Below, piece after piece: positions 1 through 8,749 of a stretch of DNA of 20,000 nucleotides. Within the stretch, counting starts at the first letter, position 1. Every line of letters starts with the position of its first letter. The translations under genes were made by a program, and so were the position numbers. Source of the stretch: Alloascoidea hylecoeti (taxonomy: Eukaryota); contig BCKZ01000002.1 of NCBI GenBank assembly GCA_001600815.1, positions 1,729,582 to 1,749,581 on the forward strand. The letters run 5' to 3'. The notes beneath the pieces were generated by a model. That model made no database searches, was not told where the DNA came from, and saw only the letters and a program-made list of their open reading frames with translations.

Positions 1-317
1 ATTTTCAAGGTAATAATAGCTGGATACAACTCGTTAAGTTCTCAGATTATGGAATACCTAATGTTGAGTGTAAAATGTGCAAAGTATCTGAATTACACAA
101 TGGAAGGTTTATTATGGCTGTTTATGAATACTATGTTTCAAAGTTTTCATTTAACATTTTAATTGATTTACAAGATGAAACCATTCATAATGCACCAATC
201 CCAACATCAGATGATAGAAAAACTGATAGTTGGTATCTAGATGATGAATTCAATGTCAGATGTGTCACAAATAGATATTTCTATCATCTTGTTGATCATA
301 TGCATAAAGGCGGGTAA
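1..317 (+). CDS. 3' end of an unidentified protein-coding gene, truncated by the window start
   Basis: The frame of ORF 75..317 is open from position 3 (FQGNNSWIQLVKFSDYGIPNVECK-MCKVSEL...HMHKGG*), so ATG75 is probably internal. No recognisable domain. Confidence 0.55.
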   Translation, partial: FQGNNSWIQLVKFSDYGIPNVECKMCKVSELHNGRFIMAVYEYYVSKFSFNILIDLQDETIHNAPIPTSDDRKTDSWYLDDEFNVRCVTNRYFYHLVDHMHKGG

Positions 318-1436
318 ACCATTATTTAAAATTTAACAAATATATTGCTTAGCTATGTGAGAGGTACGCATCTTAAATGAAACATAGGGCTAGGAGGATC
401 TGGAAAAAAGATTGTACAACAATTTGAAGCCGTTCAGCAGAGGTGATTTTCTGAATTCACGGTTGTTAGCGCAGTCACGGTACTGATTGCTAGGATGCAT
501 ATATCAGATGTCAGTTCTAGATTTAAATTTCAATCGATAATATTTGATTTGGCAGTAAAATAGAGGTTTTATTTCATAAAATCTGACATTATGGCGTTTG
601 GAAGGCGCCTCACTGTTTTTATTTCCCACTTAGTTTTATAAAGAGAAGTATATACCGTATAAGAGACTCACTCGTTCGTATGGCACAAGCAACACAAGCG
701 ATGTTGTAAGCTAATTAGAGACATAGGAGCACAAGAAAGAATAAATTGAGGCTTTAAAGGTCTCTACAAGATCAGAGGAATTAAATTAACAGATAAACAT
801 CTACATTTCCTGTTAAAGTATGTAAAATCGTTGCTTTAAACACAAGAAAAGTATCTCCTAATAATATCCATTAATATTTGACAATCAATTATAATAAGTC
901 AACGTTATGGAGATCTTAGATGATTTGGAATTCGGAAAACCCGGATATTCCCTTGTGTATTAATCTATTAGACCAAATAATTCTTGGATAGAAACAAGGG
1001 GAAATTTGGGAGAAAACCAGTACTCTCAAAAGCGGTTTTTACAGATCCCCTAGGATAAGCGCTTAGTCTTATATAATTTTTTTTAACCGTTCATGCACGA
1101 TAGGATTGCTGGTATCAAATCAAATTGAAATCGGATGAGTTTAAAAATCGATATATGCCTATTTTGATAAAAAGATATACTTCATCCATTATTTACATTC
1201 ATATTACAAAAATTATCCAGAATAGCCACTATAACTCCTCAGATAACAAATTATGATGCCTAGAACATTGTTTAAGAGCGCTTATTGATCAAATTATTAT
1301 TAAAGACCTTGTTGAACCAGTTACCCGAAAAGTCGCACGTTCTCTTGTCCACTTTTCAAGACTCAAAATTGCACATTCAACGTTGATGCGCATCCACATT
1401 ACAATGAACATTGTATTAAATAAAATAAAAAAAACA

Positions 1437-1446
1437 GTCACGTGAC
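1437..1446. promoter_or_regulatory. Palindromic E-box GTCACGTGAC (Cbf1/bHLH-type site)
   Basis: Perfect 10-bp palindrome matching the RTCACGTG Cbf1 consensus, about 30 bp downstream of the tRNA. Function not demonstrated. Confidence 0.35.
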
Positions 1447-1461
1447 AGCAAGAGTTGCTTT

Positions 1462-1475
1462 AAAAAAAGAAAAAA
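1462..1475 (-). terminator. RNA polymerase III oligo-T terminator of tRNA-His
   Basis: TTTTTTCTTTTTTT immediately 3' of the tRNA on the minus strand. Confidence 0.85.
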
Positions 1476-1547
1476 TGCCGTTGCCCAGAATCGAACTGAG
1501 GTTTCATCGGCCACAACGATGTGTACTGACCACTATACTACAACGGC
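1476..1547 (-). tRNA. tRNA-His (anticodon GTG), no intron
   Basis: Reverse complement GCCGTTGTAGTATAGTGGTCAGTACACATCGTTGTGGCCGATGAAACCTCAGTTCGATTCTGGGCAACGGCA folds as a cloverleaf: acceptor stem GCCGTTG/CAACGGC plus discriminator A, anticodon arm CATCG-TTGTGGC-CGATG, T-loop TTCGATT. Confidence 0.97.
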
Positions 1548-2165
1548 CAATTTACGGTTTAGAAAAAACGTCGATTGGAATCCGATCCCGGACCGAAGTA
1601 AAAACCTTAAAGTGAAAAATTGTTAAGATCGGGTTGCATGTTCTATACTAAAGAATCGGGTTAAATTATTGTAAAAGAAGTCATACAGATTGTTAAAATC
1701 AGACCATATTATGTATTTATGCATATGTAGCAACAGTAAATTTATCATATGATTTAAACCAGTATATAAAACCACTATTCCTTATAATTAATATTACACT
1801 ATTTAGACTTTTTTATTTTAAATTTTGAATTGCTTTTAAATATGAATTGTTAATAATGATATATAGAAGATGATAGAACAGACAATTGTATGAAGAAATG
1901 AATAGTGCTGAAAATTAAGATCAAGACAAATGAAGTATTTAATGAATGAGATGATTAGTCATGAATGAAAGAGTAAATAATAATATAATAATATCAATCA
2001 TAATTGTATGTGTATATTTTTAAATCCAATTGTAATTGTAAAAGTAATCAATCAATCATACTGATTTCTCTCTATATATTTTTTAAATACTTCCTTTTTA
2101 TAGTTTGTTGTTGGTGAAAAATTCGTAAGATTATTATGAAACCATTAATTATACAACTAATAGTG

Positions 2166-3576
2166 TTAAAAATTAACACTAGCATCGAAATATAATTCCG
2201 GATCTAATAAACTAATATCAGCACTTGTTGCTTCACCATCTAATATTAATTCAGCCATAACTTTACCAGTACCAGGAGCATTATTTATTCCCCAACAACT
2301 ATGGCCACTTGCAAGATATAAATTTTCAACATTTGTTTTACCAATCAATGGACCAGAAGCTGAAGGAACATCTAATACTGGTAAATAACAAGCTTGTCTT
2401 TTTAAAACTGTACCAGATTCTAATTCTTTTGAAATCTTTTTTGCATAATTAAATAATTCATCACATTTTTCATGGATTACTTCAACATCATCAGTTGTTT
2501 CAGGGACACCAACCAATGTATCACCTTCACCACAAACATAAACTTCATCAGGTCTTGAATAAATTTCTGGAGAAACATATTGACCTCTACTTATTTTTAA
2601 TTCGGTGAAAATAGCGTAAGGACTAACATTATGAGGAGTTGAAATTGTAATTGAATGAGCTCTTAATCCACTTATTGGACAATCAGGTAAGATTTTAGAA
2701 GTCCATGGACCAACAGTCATTATAAATTTTGAAGCATTTAAAGTTTTAAAATTAAAAGATGAAGAATTTAAAACTTCCTTTGAAGTTGATGGTATATAAG
2801 TAACTGATTCTGCTGAACCATTATCATTATTATAATTAATTGTTAAAACTTTACCAATTATTAAATCTACAGAACCAGTTTCCATTGCTTTTTTCAATAA
2901 AAAATTCGTAAATTTATAAGGATGAACTTGAGCAGTACTATCAGTACCTCCTAAACTTGAACAACCTTCAATGATATCATTTTTAATCCAATTTAAATCA
3001 GGAGGTAATTGTGGACCTTTTGGTATTCTTGTTGAACCAGTTGATTTTTTAGTTTTTCCCTTTTTATTATTTATATTATTGTTGTTGTTATTCATTGATT
3101 CAACATGATGTTGGAAACTGGAATCATAAGAATCACTACTATAATCAGTATCTAGTTCTTCATGTGTATAATGATGTAAATGATGACGATGATTATGGTG
3201 ATTAGAATCAATATTGGCTTCAATAGAAACAGTTGTTAATCTTCTATAGCCCCATTCTTTTTCGCCATTGTATTCATCCGCTAGATCTTGATGTAATTGA
3301 AAAGACATTGGGACTAATTGTTGAGGGAAAGCCCACAAAGCTAACAAACCACCAGCTTTACCACTGGCACCGCCAGCGACTCTTTTTGATTCCAGGATCG
3401 TTATATGATGAGTACTTGGGGAGAATTTGGGATGACGGGTTAGATAATAAGCGGTAGAAACGCCGATGATTCCAGCACCTTTAAAATATGCAATAGTTAG
3501 TATTATAAATATATATTTGTACTTAAAATGGTATAAACTTACCAACTATTACTATATGCTGTTTCTCCGAGGGCAT
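2166..3576 (-). CDS. TDA3: FAD-dependent oxidoreductase (DAO family), TDA3/BTN3 (YHR009C)-like; exons 3576-3543 and 3478-2166, 448 aa
   Basis: Spliced N-terminus MPSEKQHIVIVGAGIIGVSTAYYL restores the Rossmann GxGxxG motif. Family motifs GASGKAGGLLA, TAQVHPYKFT, QACYLP and LASGHSCWGINNAPGTG are present. Intron 3542-3479 (64 nt): GTAAGT...TACTAAC(3502-3496)...AAG. The ORF-track start at 3545 reads through the intron. Confidence 0.9.
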
Positions 3577-3842
3577 ATTTATAAAGGATTACACTGATAT
3601 ATTAATATTATGAGATGCCGCAACGAATAAACCAAATAAATAAATAAAACTGCGTTGAGCACAAATCGAAAGATTTAACTTGGCAGGTGCAAAAGAAAAA
3701 AAGATGAATTTGAATTTTTTGAATATTAGAAAAGTAAAAAAGCAAAATAAATCAATAAATCAGAATAGAATAATCCCGGACCCGGGCGTCAGCTGTTCTG
3801 CAGGCTATCACCGGAACAGGAAGGCCCGGTGGTTAGTGTCGG

Positions 3843-4511
3843 TCAGACCAGCAGGAGAAGCACCAAAAGCACACAGAGCGCAATTATCAGTAGCGCAATG
3901 CAACAACTTCCTAAAGTGTCCTGGTTCTTGCGCAAGACAGTCTCCACCCGTTTGACCCCACGGCCCAACTTGTCCTGCACTCGGTCCATATCTCTTCCCA
4001 AGTCGTCAACTAAAACAGCTTGCTCCTCTAATTCGTCGTTCATTTCGAATGCTTGCTGGCGCAGATTCTGCACGGTTGAATAGACCTGGTCCAAATGTCC
4101 GTCCTGCTCCTGGAGCATCTGCTGCTGTGCAAATTCATTGTAATTGTCGTAATCCGGTTCATCCGGCCCTCCATCAGTGCTGATCCGGTTCCTAACATCC
4201 GTACTGTTCGTACTATTACTATTATTAAACAGAGAAACCGTTTTATTCATCTCGTTCTCCAAATCCCCTACTATTCGTTTCCGGCTCAGTATCTCATTTG
4301 CATCCAATCCGAACTCCTCGGGTCGAACTCCGGAGATTTTGATCGAGGATTTCATATCGCCAATGGTTTCCTCCAGTTCCTCTAATATATTGTTGAAATC
4401 TTGTCTTCGTTCTTCCGGTGTTTGTTGTGTTGGTTGAAACGGGGTCAACATGTTTCGTAGGTTTCCAAGACGTTCTTTGGCATCCTGATATACTTGTGGG
4501 AATGGATCCAT
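3843..4511 (-). CDS. TLG1: Syntaxin-6/Tlg1-like Qc t-SNARE, 222 aa
   Basis: N-terminal syntaxin-6-type region (MDPFPQVYQD...LEELEETIGDMKSSI...PEEFGL...EILSRK), SNARE motif (QQQMLQEQDGHLDQVYSTVQNLRQQAFEMNDELEEQ) and C-terminal TM anchor (CCIALLIIALCVLLVLLLLV). Confidence 0.9.
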   Translation of the reverse strand: MDPFPQVYQDAKERLGNLRNMLTPFQPTQQTPEERRQDFNNILEELEETIGDMKSSIKISGVRPEEFGLDANEILSRKRIVGDLENEMNKTVSLFNNSNSTNSTDVRNRISTDGGPDEPDYDNYNEFAQQQMLQEQDGHLDQVYSTVQNLRQQAFEMNDELEEQAVLVDDLGRDMDRVQDKLGRGVKRVETVLRKNQDTLGSCCIALLIIALCVLLVLLLLV

Positions 4512-4654
4512 TGTGTGCTTTCTATTTCGTTTTCTATCTATGTCTGTTTGTGTGGTTCTGCTTGTTGGGTGTAATTATAAATGGCCGGGTAACTTGTATT
4601 TTTCACGTTGACATTGACATTGACATTGACATCGACACGATTCTCCAAAAAAAA
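4512..4654. promoter_or_regulatory. Compact (143 bp) bidirectional promoter TLG1/SDC1 with a Reb1-consensus site
   Basis: Divergent ATGs at 4511 (-) and 4655 (+). CCGGGTAA at 4585-4592 is a perfect Reb1 consensus. A-tract just before the SDC1 ATG. Confidence 0.6.
4608..4637 (+). repeat. Hexanucleotide tandem repeat (TTGACA)4 + TCGACA
   Basis: Directly visible in the TLG1/SDC1 intergenic region. Confidence 0.9.
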
Positions 4655-5526
4655 ATGTCAAGTATTCGTGATTTAATAAACAATCCTGAGGTATTTATTA
4701 ATAAATTTTCATCTTTTTATAGTAGTATATAACTAATTTGCCTTGTTTTGATATTAGGATTCTATTCCAACTAATACTGATATTCATAATGATTCCTCCA
4801 TTCAAATCTCAAATATATCATTACATCCTGAATCACAGGATATAAATGTTCAGTCTAATAATACTATCAATTCGGAACCTCAATCTCAATTACAACCTAA
4901 TGACTTTCAAAATCAAAATATAATAACACCAACACCTGTTACACCTGCTGATGATCTAGGTATAAATTTACAATCACAACAACCTATTTTATATTCTCAA
5001 GTTTCAATACCTTCATCGAATCAGATAGCATCTGTAAAAAACACGTCAATATTCTCAAATGTATCAAACTTAAATTCAAATCCAACTTCAAATCCAACTT
5101 CAAATAATTCTTCAAGAAATTCAACACCAAATATAGAATCCCATAATCATACACCAAATCCTCATCAACATCATAATCATGGTAATCATACAAAAGATAA
5201 TGTTAAATTTCCAACAAAATTACCTGATGTCCCACCAAATGAAAAAGCTTCGGATTTAATTGGTGGTGCTAATGTTAGAAGATGGTTAAATGAAAAAGTA
5301 ACTCCTTCGTTATTAGAAGGAATGAGAATGATTGCAAAAGAAAAGTATGTTCATTTATTTATTTATTTATTTATTTAAATCATAAGTATTAACCTTTTGT
5401 TTTAGACCTGACAAACCTTTAGAAATGCTTGGGAAATTCTTTATGGAAAAAAGTAAACTTCTAGAAAGTGAGAATGAAAATGACATACAAATGAATGAAA
5501 ATGAAAATGAAGAGGAAAATAATTAA
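4655..5526 (+). CDS. SDC1: COMPASS (Set1C) subunit Sdc1/Dpy-30; exons 4655-4690, 4758-5344, 5406-5526, 247 aa
   Basis: The spliced product contains the Dpy-30 motif IGGANVRRWLNEKVTPSLLEGMRMIAKEK|PDKPLEMLGKFFMEKS after a long N/S/Q/P-rich N-terminus. Intron 1 is 4691-4757 (GTATTT...AACTAAT...TAG); intron 2 is 5345-5405 (GTATGT...TATTAAC...TAG). Frames join without stops. Exon 1 is less certain than exons 2-3. Confidence 0.88.
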
Positions 5527-7201
5527 AAATAAAATTATTAGAAAGTAATTTGACTCTGACTCAAATTTAAAATCATAATTTATTAATATAGCATACCTTT
5601 ACATCTTTCTTAATACTGATTCAAATCGATAGCATTCAAATTCAAAATATTTGTAATTGATTGTCATTGTACAGCTAGAGGTATAATAACCATCAATTCC
5701 TAATTTAAGATGTAAATAAAAAAAACTCACTAAATCAATTGTAGGAATTATTAATGATTTTGCTTTGGATTTAACATTTAATTCATTTGTATCAATTTTA
5801 AATATCTTGAATTTTCATTTTCTGTATAATTTGCATAATTACTGTATTATGACGAAAATATCCCAAGGACTTGAAGGGAAGTAGAATGCTTTATGTAGTT
5901 TTCTAAGGACATTTATCCCCAGCCTGAATTCGTCATATTGTAGAAACATTTTCGTCGTTTTCGTATGTGTATTTGAAATTTCATAATTACGTCACAATAC
6001 TCGACATTCACTGAAGCCAAATAACGAAAACTAGGTCACTCCGTAAACTAAATATGAGTTTCAATGTACCAAAAATACACAAAAGTGATAAAACTGTCTT
6101 TCCAATGTGGCAAATTCAATCTCGTGAAACTGTAATGCTTTAATATAAAAGTTTATGCTTTGAAATTGGTAATATTGTATAAAATTATAGTATTGAATAT
6201 TATGAGAGTGAACTTATGTGTATATTACGATTCATAGTTAAATATAAGATACTACCGTATACGTAATTATAGGTTATCCAAACATTCAAAATGGGAATGA
6301 CTTAAAGTACATAAGTTAGTACTCTCATAAATCTAATTAAAGGCCTCTTACAAAGGTTGTATGTGTGGAAACGTGGGATGGCTCCTTTTTTCTACAATTA
6401 GGATCTCCAATCACCATATACAATGAATTACGTCCTTCTTTCCAAATTTTAATCCATACCATAAGACTCACAGACCAATAATTCCCTATACTATAAATAG
6501 TTTTCGATTCAAAGGCTTAGTGTTACGGTTGTGGACCATACAATTTTCCAGATTCTGATGATCCCGACCTAACATTCGCCACTATATAAAACACCATCCA
6601 GATCCCAAATGCTATTAGATCACTCCAATATATATTTATGCAATACCATTCTATTCATTTGGTTCTTCTCACTTAGGTAAGACCAATTACCCGACGGAAA
6701 TATTACATATTCATGTATTTACAGAAGGAATCTTAGGTGGTATTTGATATTCGAATGCTGAAGTTTGAAGCCATATATATACGCACAGATCAAATATTTC
6801 AATCCACTTAGTTGGTTGCAATTACTTTCTAGAAGTGGAATTGTCTGAAATACTGCTTAAGGGTCTACTTTAAATAGCTATATTACTTCAATTATAATAT
6901 ATTTAATCGTATAATGGAGGTATACATTCACATTAGACACAATATCTACGTACAGAATATGAAGGAAATATTTACAACTTTTCAATTAATATATATATAG
7001 AACCATGATCTATCATCATTATAGCTTCACCTATCTACAATTTTATATCATATCAATATCAATTTATAAGTGATAATAATAATATTCACAAATGCATATT
7101 CATACACTGTGTGAACTTATTAATCATGATTTGGAGAACAACTACATTTGCAATCGTAATTGTATTTTATTAATTTATTAAATATATATTAATATTGAAA
7201 T

Positions 7202-7756
7202 CTAATTATATAATTTTAAACCACTCTTGCACGGCTGGTTATTGATACAATCCCGTTTATGTTTCGTTAACATGTGTGATGTCGCATATGTAAAACCACA
7301 CCGTGAACAACTGTAAGGTAACAGTCCAAGATGTATACTNTGGAAGTGATTCCGTAATGATTTTTGGCCCTTGAATTGTCTCTCACATCTCTCACAATTA
7401 AATTTTTCTTCTGAAGTAATCAAAAAAGAATTATCTTTTGAAACCGGTTTGGGTCCAACTGGAGCAGTTTCATTATCACTATCAATATGAACTGGGGTCT
7501 GACTATTATTATCTACATCCTCACTGTTGATATTGTGAATACTGTATGTTTCTTTAACTACAGTTCCTGGATCTTTTGGTTCCTCTAGTTCCTCTGGCTC
7601 ATCTGTCGTTTCTGACTCTTCTAGATCGTCTAACTTCTCTGGCTCTTCTGGTGCTGGAAGATCACCTCTATAAGCAGCAAGGAATTCTTCTAAATGCTCT
7701 CTAGCGTAAATGCTTTGTTCGTATGGGAGTCCCCCAAGTGGTCTATTATCATTCAT
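7202..7756 (-). CDS. C2H2-type zinc-finger protein with acidic N-terminus, copy A (184 aa)
   Basis: Finger 1 FNCERCERQFKGQKSLRNHFxSIH (Cx2Cx12Hx4H), linker LGLLPY (TGEKPY-like), finger 2 SCSRCGFTYATSHMLTKHKRDC (Cx2Cx12Hx3C). The N at 7340 is the third base of the Gln codon. Confidence 0.75.
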   Translation of the reverse strand: MNDNRPLGGLPYEQSIYAREHLEEFLAAYRGDLPAPEEPEKLDDLEESETTDEPEELEEPKDPGTVVKETYSIHNINSEDVDNNSQTPVHIDSDNETAPVGPKPVSKDNSFLITSEEKFNCERCERQFKGQKSLRNHFXSIHLGLLPYSCSRCGFTYATSHMLTKHKRDCINNQPCKSGLKLYN

Positions 7757-8194
7757 TTTATATAGTGTTGGTAATAAAATTAATTATAGTGAGCGATGAG
7801 GAAAAGAGAAAAAGAGCAGATGGCCCTTTAAGTCGGAAAACTTTCATGTCCCTTCCTTATTAGTCTGATGCTGATACTCCAAATTACTTATAACATCACC
7901 ATTTNGGTAATTACAGTGGAAAGAGCTAGTGTTTAATAAAGAAATAAAAACACACAAATATATGCATATGCATGTACACACTTACTAGATGTGGAAACTG
8001 CTTTTATTTCTTTATTAAACACTAGCTCTTTCCACTGTAATTACCNAAATGGTGATGTTATAAGTAATTTGGAGTATCAGCATCAGACTAATAAGGAAGG
8101 GACATGAAAGTTTTCCGACTTAAAGGGCCATCTGCTCTTTTTCTCTTTTCCTCATCGCTCACTATAATTAATTTTATTACCAACACTATATAAA

Positions 8195-8749
8195 ATGAAT
8201 GATAATAGACCACTTGGGGGACTCCCATACGAACAAAGCATTTACGCTAGAGAGCATTTAGAAGAATTCCTTGCTGCTTATAGAGGTGATCTTCCAGCAC
8301 CAGAAGAGCCAGAGAAGTTAGACGATCTAGAAGAGTCAGAAACGACAGATGAGCCAGAGGAACTAGAGGAACCAAAAGATCCAGGAACTGTAGTTAAAGA
8401 AACATACAGTATTCACAATATCAACAGTGAGGATGTAGATAATAATAGTCAGACCCCAGTTCATATTGATAGTGATAATGAAACTGCTCCAGTTGGACCC
8501 AAACCGGTTTCAAAAGATAATTCTTTTTTGATTACTTCAGAAGAAAAATTTAATTGTGAGAGATGTGAGAGACAATTCAAGGGCCAAAAATCATTACGGA
8601 ATCACTTCCAAAGTATACATCTTGGACTGTTACCTTACAGTTGTTCACGGTGTGGTTTTACATATGCGACATCACACATGTTAACGAAACATAAACGGGA
8701 TTGTATCAATAACCAGCCGTGCAAGAGTGGTTTAAAATTATATAATTAG
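8195..8749 (+). CDS. C2H2-type zinc-finger protein with acidic N-terminus, copy B (184 aa), identical to copy A
   Basis: Same fingers as copy A; A-rich start context (TATAAAATG). Confidence 0.8.
   Translation: MNDNRPLGGLPYEQSIYAREHLEEFLAAYRGDLPAPEEPEKLDDLEESETTDEPEELEEPKDPGTVVKETYSIHNINSEDVDNNSQTPVHIDSDNETAPVGPKPVSKDNSFLITSEEKFNCERCERQFKGQKSLRNHFQSIHLGLLPYSCSRCGFTYATSHMLTKHKRDCINNQPCKSGLKLYN
8300..8389 (+). repeat. Degenerate 9-bp coding minisatellite (about 10 units, consensus CCAGAAGAG), mirrored at 7562-7651
   Basis: Units ccagaagag/ccagagaag/ttagacgat/ctagaagag/tcagaaacg/acagatgag/ccagaggaa/ctagaggaa/ccaaaagat/ccaggaact encode PEE-PEK-LDD-LEE-SET-TDE-PEE-LEE-PKD-PGT. Confidence 0.7.

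Noticed and set aside
1437..1446. GTCACGTGAC as CDEI of a point centromere
   Set aside because: No long, extremely AT-rich CDEII followed by CDEIII on either side; the tRNA gene occupies one flank.
3843..3910. Alternative yeast genetic code (CTG = Ser or Ala)
   Set aside because: CTG codons fall in the Leu-rich Tlg1 TM helix and at typically Leu positions of the antiporter (CLG, ITLEFSR), favouring the standard code.
3233..4732. Plus-strand ORFs 3233-3457, 3680-3955, 3829-4083, 4095-4385, 4177-4437, 4418-4732
   Set aside because: Mostly antisense shadows of TDA3/TLG1 in GC-rich, stop-poor sequence. The end of 4418-4732 is SDC1 exon 1 read into its intron.
4984..5193. 69-aa minus-strand ORF
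   Set aside because: Antisense to the low-complexity SDC1 exon 2.
6054..6143. Short ORF MSFNVPKIHKSDKTVFPMWQIQSRETVML, faintly like a Ty1/copia Gag N-terminus
   Set aside because: Only 29 aa; no LTR, primer-binding site, or protease/integrase/RT motifs seen nearby.
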